From an archaeon (lineage in GTDB: Archaea; SpSt-1190; DYHY01), in NCBI GenBank assembly GCA_037442745.1, contig JBBIPP010000005.1:24741-88740 (forward strand): a stretch of 64,000 bases of DNA. The letters are read 5' to 3'. Position 1 is the first letter of the stretch, and each line of letters begins with the position of its first letter. Both the position numbers and the translations under genes were made by a program. Under the pieces are notes generated by a model. The model was given only the letters and a program-made list of their open reading frames with translations. It searched no databases and had not been told where the DNA came from. Positions 48,959 through 57,263 of this stretch are shown here, piece after piece.

Positions 48959-50158
48959 TCAGGCAGTCCCTCCGGGAGCCTTTCCTTCATTCTTAAATCC
49001 TATTATCAGGTCAAAAAGGGCGACAAGAGTGTCGAAAATCCCAGTTCCGTCAAGGGCAATTGTCCGTATTAAGGGAACTCTTGGGGAAATTGAGAGGGCT
49101 TTTCTGATTTCTTCCGATTCGATTGCGCCTTCAAGGTCGCTTTTGTTCGCTGCAACAACGAAAGGAAGCCGCCCTCCGGAAACAAGGTAAATCATTTCCC
49201 GCGCCCTTTGGAAAGATTCCCGGTCAGTCGAATCGACAACGAGAATTACCCCGAAAGTGTCCCTCGCAAGTATTGGGAGAATGAAGTTGAACGCCTCCTG
49301 GCCGGGAGTCCCGAACAAGTCTATTGAAAATCCCTTGTATTCAACATATCCGTGGTCAAGGGCAACTGTTGTTCCTAGCCTGTCGACTGAGACTGCCTTT
49401 GTCGAGATTTTGTGTATGAATGTTGACTTTCCCGAGTGGTAGGGGCCTGTGACAATCACTTTCGGGACATATAGGGAAATCCCTCCGCCTGTTGACGAAA
49501 CCTTGAACGGTATGTGGAGGTCCTTTCTTGATGAAACAGTATAGAAGCTCCTCTCAATGAAATTCTCCTCAACTGAATCTATTGTTATTGTGCAAGGGAA
49601 AAGATTGCATAGGCTTTTTGCGAGCAAATCGTCCTCTTCGGTAATTCTTGGAAAGAGAAAAATCGGGCACATTCCGCCCTGTGCGGATTTTTCCATTAGC
49701 GCAAGTATTTGCTCGGTCAGTTTTTTGTCGCCTTCGTTGAAGAAGCCGGACGCAAGGGAATCGAAAACAATCAGCTTCGAGCCTGTCTTTTCCGAATATT
49801 CTGGGATAATTCCGCTCATTTCCGAGAGGGATTTCACTGAAGTGATTCCCTCCTCAGCCCCGCCTGACGGGAAAATCCCCAGGTTCGCGGAATATGCGTC
49901 AATGAACTTGAGGTTTGCCGGATTGAATGCAAGCCTCATTGACAAGAGTCTCTCTCGGACGAATGACGGCATTTTGTCGGAAACGAAATATGTGCAAGGG
50001 ACGCTCTTCGACGCTTCCGCAACAATCTGCTGGCCGAATACCTCAACATCCGAGCCCAAGGATCCAGTTATTAGGACTGGGCTTTTCAGGGAGAGCCCTC
50101 CGCCCAAAAGCTCGTCCATTTTCGGTATTCCTGTTCTGATAATTGAGTCAGCCGTCAT
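48959..50158 (-). CDS. fusion protein: KaiC/RecA-like (degenerate Walker A) N-domain plus Ras-like small GTPase C-domain
   Basis: N-domain GIPKMDELLGGGLSLKSPVLITGSLGSDVEVF lacks GK[ST]; C-domain has G1 GPYHSGKST, G3 DLFGTPGQE, G4 NKSD (MglA/Arf-like). Confidence 0.65.
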   Translation of the reverse strand: MTADSIIRTGIPKMDELLGGGLSLKSPVLITGSLGSDVEVFGQQIVAEASKSVPCTYFVSDKMPSFVRERLLSMRLAFNPANLKFIDAYSANLGIFPSGGAEEGITSVKSLSEMSGIIPEYSEKTGSKLIVFDSLASGFFNEGDKKLTEQILALMEKSAQGGMCPIFLFPRITEEDDLLAKSLCNLFPCTITIDSVEENFIERSFYTVSSRKDLHIPFKVSSTGGGISLYVPKVIVTGPYHSGKSTFIHKISTKAVSVDRLGTTVALDHGYVEYKGFSIDLFGTPGQEAFNFILPILARDTFGVILVVDSTDRESFQRAREMIYLVSGGRLPFVVAANKSDLEGAIESEEIRKALSISPRVPLIRTIALDGTGIFDTLVALFDLIIGFKNEGKAPGGTA

Positions 50159-50159
50159 C

Positions 50160-50558
50160 TCAGAGAGTTCCCTCCGCGAGAATCTGGGAAACCTTGTTTG
50201 CAACCCGCCCCATTTCAAGAAGGACGAGCCCGAGGTTCGCCCTGTCGCTCACAAGGCATATCAAAAGGGCGAAACTGCCCGCCCCAGTTGCAATTAATTT
50301 TCCCTTTTCAGCCTCGACAACAATCTGGAGGAACCTTCCAAGCTGGAGTTCGGCAGAGCAGGTTTCCGCCGTTCCGACAAGGGCAGCCGACATTGCGGCA
50401 ACCATTTTTCCGTCCGTTTCCTTTGGAAGGAGGGATGCTACCATTAGTCCGTCCCGCCGGACAACTGCGACACCTTGAATTTCTGGAAGAGTCTCTAGGA
50501 AAGCGAGGACATCCTCCAATTGCTTTTCAATTCCGGGTTTCTCTGAAACAGCTTCCAT
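50160..50558 (-). CDS. roadblock/LC7 (MglB-like) domain protein
   Basis: IQGVAVVRRDGLMVAS ... AAMSAALVGTAE ... LLICLV..NLGLVLLEM. Confidence 0.65.
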   Translation of the reverse strand: MEAVSEKPGIEKQLEDVLAFLETLPEIQGVAVVRRDGLMVASLLPKETDGKMVAAMSAALVGTAETCSAELQLGRFLQIVVEAEKGKLIATGAGSFALLICLVSDRANLGLVLLEMGRVANKVSQILAEGTL

Positions 50559-50939
50559 CTAACCAGCCCCCTTGCCTGGCTCCTTGACGAAACTGTTGTT
50601 TAACTCTAAAAGCCAGTTGGGAAGAAGATCTTGACAGCTACTCGGCTCGACAATTTTGGATTTGCAGGGCTTGTCCAATCCTGAACAGGCACGTCCGGCG
50701 AGTGTTTTTGCAACAGGCCCGATTATTTTCACATAAAGGTTGACGAATGCGTCAACGCCTTCTTTTGAAAAATCCTCCGGAACTGTTATTTTTCCGTCTT
50801 TTGAGGCTGATACTCCCTTGAGAGACCCGGCAAGAGTATATGCAGTTCTCCCTATTATTTTGGCAACATTTTCGGCAATTGCCGAGCAGAGGGAATTGTA
50901 AAAACGGGTTTTCTCTTCAGCGGAAAGTTCCATTGGCAA
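50559..50939 (-). CDS. small Cys-containing hypothetical protein co-operonic with the GTPase/roadblock genes
   Basis: 126 aa; Cys at CSAI, RACSGLDKPCKSK, SSCQD; abuts the upstream roadblock gene. Confidence 0.4.
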   Translation of the reverse strand: MPMELSAEEKTRFYNSLCSAIAENVAKIIGRTAYTLAGSLKGVSASKDGKITVPEDFSKEGVDAFVNLYVKIIGPVAKTLAGRACSGLDKPCKSKIVEPSSCQDLLPNWLLELNNSFVKEPGKGAG

Positions 50940-51047
50940 TTTGGAACAGATATTAACAAAATCTTTATTTATATTTTGTTAATTGGCTCTTTTTAACAAG
51001 AATTCGTGAAATAAGCATTTCCTAGTGGTTTGATTCCTTTTTGAATG

Positions 51048-51881
51048 TTAAAATGAATTCAGTTTGACATTCAATTTCGCTTTCAGGTCATAATAATTCT
51101 CCTCGTCAATCTCGCCTGCGAAATATTTGCGGGTAAGTTCTGATAGCGTTCCTTCGACTTTTTCAGGCGCTTCGGTTTTTTTTGCATAACTGACGAGAGC
51201 CTCGGAGAGTTCTTCAATATCAGAAATTGCCTGTTTGAAATTTGTGTTAATTTCGGAATATTCTTGTATAAGTGCCAATTTTTCGTCAATTTTCCCCAAT
51301 TCTCTTATTATTCTGGATTTAATATCATAATAGCTTGAATCAGATGCAAGTCCGTTAAGATGCTCTTTTTCAAGAGTGAAGAGCGCGTTTTCGAGCTCAT
51401 CCTTGCGCTTAATTTGAGAATCTATTGAAAGTTCTCCAATTATTGAAGCAAGAAGGAGAATCTGTTTTGAGAAAAAGTCAATTATTTCATTTTTTGGCCG
51501 ATTTTTCTTTCCAAGAGAATATTTGAATTTAGATTCCCCCAAGGAGAACTCTGGAATGCTGGAATCGTCAGTTGAAAAGTTTTTGGTCCTATTCAAGGCC
51601 GCCGCTTCGAAATTTCTTTTGTCTCGTTCCAGAAAACTTTTTTCGCTACCTTCAGAGTTTCCGACAAAGTTCTCCTTGAGGAGTTCAGTGACGGACTTGC
51701 TCATATTAGGCTCCCTTTTCGGGTCCGGAAAATTGGGAGGTTCCTTTTGGTTGATTAGGGAAGTTCTTTTCACTTCTTTGGGTTCACCAATAGGTTCCTT
51801 GGAGGAAGAAACTGCTGTTTTCAAGTCAATCAGACTTTGGGGTTTGGTAAATTTGTTTAGAAATTTATCTGACGGGTTCAT
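51048..51881 (-). CDS. coiled-coil protein with SHOCT-like C-terminal tail
   Basis: Low-complexity N-half, heptad-rich C-half, ends ..YFAGEIDEENYYDLKAKLNVKL. Confidence 0.45.
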   Translation of the reverse strand: MNPSDKFLNKFTKPQSLIDLKTAVSSSKEPIGEPKEVKRTSLINQKEPPNFPDPKREPNMSKSVTELLKENFVGNSEGSEKSFLERDKRNFEAAALNRTKNFSTDDSSIPEFSLGESKFKYSLGKKNRPKNEIIDFFSKQILLLASIIGELSIDSQIKRKDELENALFTLEKEHLNGLASDSSYYDIKSRIIRELGKIDEKLALIQEYSEINTNFKQAISDIEELSEALVSYAKKTEAPEKVEGTLSELTRKYFAGEIDEENYYDLKAKLNVKLNSF

Positions 51882-52366
51882 TCAGTCTCCTGCTCCCCTC
51901 CCGAAGATTTTTCCGACATACCAGAGTTCAATATGAAAAAGCTCACTCTTCCCTCTTTTTCTTTGGAAATTGCTGATTTTCTAGTAAGAGAATTAAGCAC
52001 TTCGCTTGTTCTGGTCCTAGAAAGGCCCGAAAGAAGAGAAGCTTCAGGAGCGCTTATTTTACCGCTTTTTTTAACAAGATCAAATATTGCTCTTTCAACC
52101 TCATTAAAATCCGGCTCTTTTTTCTTTTTTGAAACAGGTTTTTCAACAGTTTTTGTCAAAAGTTCAAGATTTTCAAGCTTTTCTCTTACCTGAAGCAATT
52201 GGTGGTTTGAATATGCAACAGAATCGGAAGTGTGTTTCATTTGTCGATCAAGTTCCTCAAAACGGGCCAGAATAAGTGATTTAAGTTCCGACAAATCCCG
52301 TTCAATTTCATCGAATCCGACGGCTTTCTTAAAGAAACTTGACGGCGGATTAAGCTGTTCGGGCAT
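51878..52366 (-). CDS. coiled-coil plus winged-helix (HTH) DNA-binding protein
   Basis: ERAIFDLVKKSGKISAPEASLLSGLSRTRTSEVLNSLTRKS resembles a TrmB/MarR-type wHTH; overlaps the downstream gene by 4 nt. Confidence 0.45.
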   Translation of the reverse strand: MPEQLNPPSSFFKKAVGFDEIERDLSELKSLILARFEELDRQMKHTSDSVAYSNHQLLQVREKLENLELLTKTVEKPVSKKKKEPDFNEVERAIFDLVKKSGKISAPEASLLSGLSRTRTSEVLNSLTRKSAISKEKEGRVSFFILNSGMSEKSSGGEQETE

Positions 52367-52730
52367 TATTTATTCTACCTAGAGCTATTCTAACATCCTT
52401 TTATTTATCTATTGTGTTACAACTATCGACAGGTATTTAGCCATTGAGTAGTTCTTCCGACATATTGAAAGGTATTACCAAAGTTTTGAATGTTCAAAGA
52501 TTTCGCGTATCGGGACTTGAAATTCAGGCTTTATTTGACGGAGAATTAGCCAGGAAAAAGCAGTTCTTCAAACGTCAAGATGTGTCGAAAAACATGTTTT
52601 AAAAAAAGCTAAAAATTCCAACTATCTAAAGTGCTAATAAGGGAGGCTATAAGTTCTTAACTGAATCTTCTAAAAACCTATCTGTTCATTGGAGGACGCC
52701 AGTTATGTACAATTCAAACAATAAAACGGT

Positions 52731-52850
52731 GTTCGACAAATAAGACTCTTTGGACACATATGGACACATTGAGGTTTCTAGTAATCAAATAAAACACCCA
52801 TTAATTTGTTTAATTGGCAGTTTCGACACATTATTAATCTGACGAACAAA
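52731..52850. promoter_or_regulatory. AT-rich intergenic region with iteron-like direct repeats (YGRACAMAT-like)
   Basis: gttcgacaaat, tggacacatatggacacatt, tttcgacacatt and gacgaacaaat lie within 120 bp, inside a 520-bp AT-rich spacer between divergent operon halves. Confidence 0.4.
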
Positions 52851-52889
52851 TTAACTCCAGTTCAACAATAGGGCGAATAATCAGCCGTC

Positions 52890-53657
52890 TTATCGGTATC
52901 TCAACCAATTGACAACTCTTTCAAGAATATATTTCTCTTTGTATTCAATTTCACATAACCAGGAAGCAATTTTTCTGTAACTTTCAACTGTTTTAGAATT
53001 TGGCCGATAATAAAGCAATACTTTTCGTTCAGACAGTGCTTTGTGTATGTTGGTATCGAAAGGAATTTTGCCAACAACGGGAAGATCTGTAAGAGTCTCA
53101 ATTTCAATTGAAGAAAATTCATGGCCCTTATTATGAATCATATTAACAACAACACCCAAAGGAGTTCTATTGTATTTTTGGATTAATTTATGGCATCTCA
53201 TAATGTCGACTGCTGACGGAGCCTGAGGAATTGTGACGAACAGGGCTTCGTCACATGCTTTCATTGTAACAATTGCTTCTCTCCCAAGACCTGCTGCAGC
53301 ATCAAGAAAAACAAAATCAGCTTTCTTGACCAGTTTTTTCACAACTTTCTCTAGGTCAATTAAATCAACTCCCTTGAGATCGTTAACTGAAAGACCGGCC
53401 GGAATAACGCTCATTCCACTTTTATGTTTGTAGATTGCATCCTCAAGATTAGCTTTGCCTTGCAGAACTGTGTTAAGAGTAACTGGCGTATCATATAGTC
53501 CCAAATAAAGGCCAAGATGCGATGTTGTGAAATTACAGTCAAGAACAACAACATTCTTTTTGAATTCTTCAGCAAGAACTGCTCCGAGGTTTGCAACAAG
53601 AGTTGTTTTTCCAACTCCGCCCTTGCCACTAATTACCCCAATTATTCTTGTATTCAT
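52890..53657 (-). CDS. MinD/ParA-family ATPase
   Basis: Deviant Walker A GKGGVGKTT; 255 aa; low-GC. Confidence 0.8.
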   Translation of the reverse strand: MNTRIIGVISGKGGVGKTTLVANLGAVLAEEFKKNVVVLDCNFTTSHLGLYLGLYDTPVTLNTVLQGKANLEDAIYKHKSGMSVIPAGLSVNDLKGVDLIDLEKVVKKLVKKADFVFLDAAAGLGREAIVTMKACDEALFVTIPQAPSAVDIMRCHKLIQKYNRTPLGVVVNMIHNKGHEFSSIEIETLTDLPVVGKIPFDTNIHKALSERKVLLYYRPNSKTVESYRKIASWLCEIEYKEKYILERVVNWLRYR

Positions 53658-53658
53658 T

Positions 53659-54954
53659 TCAATTCGTCTGGCCTTTTATTTGGTTTATTTTTCGTTGAAG
53701 TTCCTCAAGTTTCCGCTCGTTTCCCATCTTCAGTTCAGAGTAGCTTTCAGCTGAAATAAAACCTTGTTTGTATTCCCTTTCAAGAATTAAGAGGATTTTC
53801 CTGACTTTGGAAAGCTCAGTTTCAAGGGAATTGATGTTCAGATCTTGACTGTCAAGAAGATCCTTTATTCTCCGAAGACTTGCCATATCCCCTTCCAAAC
53901 TGCGCAATTTTTCGATTTGAACTGCTTTTTCATTGTTCTGAGCCCGTTCCTGGAAAATTTCGGATTGGGGTTGTTTCGAAAGGATTGGAGAGCTTTCCCG
54001 TTCAAAAGAGTCTGCCTTTTCTTCGAAAGTTCTGCGGGAAATTGAAATCCGTTCCTCTTCCTCTTTTTCGCTGTTCGCTTCCTGGTAAATCATTGCTTCC
54101 CGCTCGCCCGCAGTCTGTCTTTTCAGGAAACGGAAATTTTCATCCATTCTTACCTCGGGTTGGGGTATTGGAGCTTCTTTAAAGCCAATCTTTCTCATTA
54201 CTCTTGTAAAAAAGGTTGTGCGTTCTTTGTATTTTTCATTAACAAGCTGACCTGCCAGTTTGAAGAAAACTTGGGAGGACTCGCTTTTCGGAAAATATTG
54301 GACAATTGGAACCCGGTGGGCAATTGACGCAGGAATCCTGACTTCGTCTGGAATTACGGCCAAAACAGGAACTCCGCAAGTTGTCTCAATTTCGTTCACG
54401 CTTGTCTCGAATTTCTGTCGTTTGTATTCATTCACAACAATTCCCTTTATCGGGATTTGGAGCTCTTTTGCAGTTTCAATTACCTTTATTGCCCCTGCAA
54501 TTGAGGGGACTTCGGGCGTTGTGACAATAACTAGTTCATCGCAGGCATGCATTGCCGCCTTCACTTCGGCGCCAACTCCTGCCGCGCCGTCAACAAGAAT
54601 TACGTCATAGTTGTCAACAAGATGGTAGAGCTTGTCCCGCAGTTTCTCATAATACGCCTTTCTTTTTATTGAAAGGGAGGAGGGAATTACGTGGAGTCCT
54701 GATTCCTGGATATATACAGATTGGGCTGGAGCGACTCGGTCGTCCAAAACATCGTGGAGAGTTGTCGGGGGGTAGAGAAAGCCCAAATGAAGCCCGAGAT
54801 TGGCTGAAGTAACGTTTCCGTCAACAACAAGGACTTTTTTCCTGAACTCCTTTACAAGCGCGAGGCCGATATTCGCGGTAAGCGTTGTTTTCCCGACCCC
54901 GCCCTTGCCGGAAACAATGCCAATTATTTTAGCTCTGTCCAAGGGAATTGCCAT
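53659..54954 (-). CDS. MinD/ParA-family ATPase with ~170 aa C-terminal coiled-coil/SHOCT-like extension
   Basis: GKGGVGKTT Walker A, complete ATPase domain, then a charged coiled-coil ending ..QGFISAESYSELKMGNERKLEEL. Confidence 0.8.
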   Translation of the reverse strand: MAIPLDRAKIIGIVSGKGGVGKTTLTANIGLALVKEFRKKVLVVDGNVTSANLGLHLGFLYPPTTLHDVLDDRVAPAQSVYIQESGLHVIPSSLSIKRKAYYEKLRDKLYHLVDNYDVILVDGAAGVGAEVKAAMHACDELVIVTTPEVPSIAGAIKVIETAKELQIPIKGIVVNEYKRQKFETSVNEIETTCGVPVLAVIPDEVRIPASIAHRVPIVQYFPKSESSQVFFKLAGQLVNEKYKERTTFFTRVMRKIGFKEAPIPQPEVRMDENFRFLKRQTAGEREAMIYQEANSEKEEEERISISRRTFEEKADSFERESSPILSKQPQSEIFQERAQNNEKAVQIEKLRSLEGDMASLRRIKDLLDSQDLNINSLETELSKVRKILLILEREYKQGFISAESYSELKMGNERKLEELQRKINQIKGQTN

Positions 54955-55057
54955 CTAGCGCCGGATTAGGATTGCTTCATATTTAAGAATTTGTTGTATT
55001 ATTTCAGGACGCAGAGTTAAAGCGTTCCCCTGCCAGTATCGAGGCATCCCTTGCCTG

Positions 55058-55435
55058 ATGAGCTATTTTTCTGGCTTGCTCGCGGGAATTTCAAAAAACC
55101 CGTCCAATATTTATCAGTTCCTCCCTATTTTGGGCCTTGCCCTATCCAAGTCTGCCGGGCTTGCTATTTTCTTCTCAATTATTGGAACCGCCCTCGGCCC
55201 AGAAAGATGTGCGTTGGTTTCAAGCTATATGAACAAACACCTGAAATCGTCCGAGAGGGCAGCCGCAATTTCCACAGTATCAATGGCAAAAACGGGCGGG
55301 ATTGCTTTTGGGAACCTCATTATCGGAAGATTGACTGCAATTCTCCCGGGAAAAATTGTTCTTATTGGTCTTGGGTTGCTAGCAATTGCATTCTCCATTT
55401 TCTTCCAAGTTGAGGAGAGTAATCTCAATGAATAG
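55058..55435 (+). CDS. MFS-transporter-like C-terminal fragment (possible gene remnant)
   Basis: 125 aa with ~4 TM helices and MAKTGGIAFGNLIIGRL; too short for a full 12-TM transporter. Confidence 0.3.
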   Translation: MSYFSGLLAGISKNPSNIYQFLPILGLALSKSAGLAIFFSIIGTALGPERCALVSSYMNKHLKSSERAAAISTVSMAKTGGIAFGNLIIGRLTAILPGKIVLIGLGLLAIAFSIFFQVEESNLNE

Positions 55436-55467
55436 AAATTTATAAAAAAACTGCTACTTTCTGCGAA

Positions 55468-57252
55468 ATGGCCGATGAACCCAAATTTTATCTTACCTCT
55501 ACAGGGTGCCTCAGTCTGCGCATGGACACCACTCGCCTATTTACCTATCTGAAAAGAAACGGATATAAAGAAACTAAATCCGCAAAAAATGCTGAAAAAA
55601 TAATAATAACTACATGCATTGTCACCAAATACAAAGAAAGCCATTCTTTGGGCCTGATAAAAAAACTCCTACGCGACAATCCAAAAGCAAGAATAATTGT
55701 CGCTGGTTGCGGGGCAAAAACAGAACAATTGAACAAAAAACTGAAAAATGTTTCGTATATAAATACTTGGGAGTTGTTTGAACAGGAGTTTCCCGGAAAA
55801 ACCAGTTTGTCTGAAATAGGGTATTTGGGAACTCCTGAAGATCTCAACTACACCCCGCCATACCTAAAAAAAGGCCTCTTCGAGCACTATGCGTCTTTTG
55901 AGAGGACTCTCTTTAGGATGGGGGGCGAAATTTTTTCTGACTTTTTCAGGTATGGAACGCAAGGAATTGAATTCATAGATGAGCCTTCTCCGAGCTACCG
56001 AGTCGTAGTATCGACCGGATGTCCTTACAGCTGTTCTTATTGCATAGTGCGTTTTCTTAGGGGAAAGTATACAAGCGTGCCAGAAAAAAGCATATTAGAC
56101 CAGATTGGACGCGGTTGGAAAAAAGGATACAGAAAATTCTTGCTAATTGCCGATGATTTGGGTTTTTACGGCTACGACCTCGAAAAAAGGAGGTTGATTG
56201 GCAGACTCCTTTCAAAAATATTCTCAAAATTCCCAACGGCGCGCCTCGCCCTTCGGTATCTTGAGCCGATGGACCTTCCTTACATTTGGAAAGATTTGTC
56301 GAAGCATCTTAGAAGTGGCAGAATTTTTTATGTAAACATCCCGATCCAAACCGCATCCAAAAAACTTCTCCTAAGAATGAACAGGAGAACTCAGAACAAG
56401 TCATTGGAATTGATAAGAAATTTGCGCAATAATTTTTCTGGTTCAGCAATAACCCACATAATGACCGGGCATCCCGGGGAAACTCCCAATGATTTGAGAA
56501 TAACATCTGATTTTTTGGAATCTGCAAAGTTCAGCGATGTAATAGTTCACAGATTCTCGCCCCGTCCAGGAACGCCATTGGAAAAGGCATGTCCTTCAAG
56601 AACTGTTAAAGAGGGGTATGGCGTTCTCCTTAACAACGCAAAGAAGAACCGCGTCGACAGATTCAAGGAATTTTTTTCGTTAAATCCGACAACAAAGAAA
56701 AAGTTGGGGGGAAGGGAAGTCGAATATCGTTTCAGAGAGAAAACAATCCCTGCGGAGTTTCTCAAGAAAATCAAGTTTTCCGGAAAAGTGTCCCAACAAG
56801 ACATTGTCCTTATGCATCCTTCGGAAGACGGTTTTGTGGCCAGAATACGGAAAGAGGGCGCTGGGTTTTTCCTCCAATTCAAGGCGCGAAAGAGTGAGAA
56901 TTTCTGGAATGAGTTTTCAGTGAAGGTCCATAAAAAAGAGGCTCTCTCGGCATACAAGGTCCTCTCGGAATTCATGGAGCCGGTCGCATCCGTCCGAAAA
57001 ATGAGGAGTTCCGGGGCTTTTTCCGGTGTGAAAATATTCCGGGATTCGGTCTTTGGGATAGGAAATTTCGTGGAATTCGAGTCGGATGAGGAAAAGAAGG
57101 TCGCATCACTTCTAGCCAGAATTGGTCTAGAAAAAAACTGTTCTCTTCCTCCATACGGGAAAATTTTAAACGAAAATCTTTCAAAAAAATCCCTTGCTCT
57201 TGAAACTAGGAGAGCGGTTAAAGCCCTTTTCGCGGAAGAGTTGGGAAAATAG
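55468..57252 (+). CDS. radical SAM methylthiotransferase (MiaB/MtaB-like) with long C-terminal extension
   Basis: MTTase N-domain (LTSTGCLSLRMD..TTCIV..AGCGA), radical SAM CPYSCSYC, then ~200 extra residues. Confidence 0.7.
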   Translation: MADEPKFYLTSTGCLSLRMDTTRLFTYLKRNGYKETKSAKNAEKIIITTCIVTKYKESHSLGLIKKLLRDNPKARIIVAGCGAKTEQLNKKLKNVSYINTWELFEQEFPGKTSLSEIGYLGTPEDLNYTPPYLKKGLFEHYASFERTLFRMGGEIFSDFFRYGTQGIEFIDEPSPSYRVVVSTGCPYSCSYCIVRFLRGKYTSVPEKSILDQIGRGWKKGYRKFLLIADDLGFYGYDLEKRRLIGRLLSKIFSKFPTARLALRYLEPMDLPYIWKDLSKHLRSGRIFYVNIPIQTASKKLLLRMNRRTQNKSLELIRNLRNNFSGSAITHIMTGHPGETPNDLRITSDFLESAKFSDVIVHRFSPRPGTPLEKACPSRTVKEGYGVLLNNAKKNRVDRFKEFFSLNPTTKKKLGGREVEYRFREKTIPAEFLKKIKFSGKVSQQDIVLMHPSEDGFVARIRKEGAGFFLQFKARKSENFWNEFSVKVHKKEALSAYKVLSEFMEPVASVRKMRSSGAFSGVKIFRDSVFGIGNFVEFESDEEKKVASLLARIGLEKNCSLPPYGKILNENLSKKSLALETRRAVKALFAEELGK

Positions 57253-57263
57253 CATAAATACCA

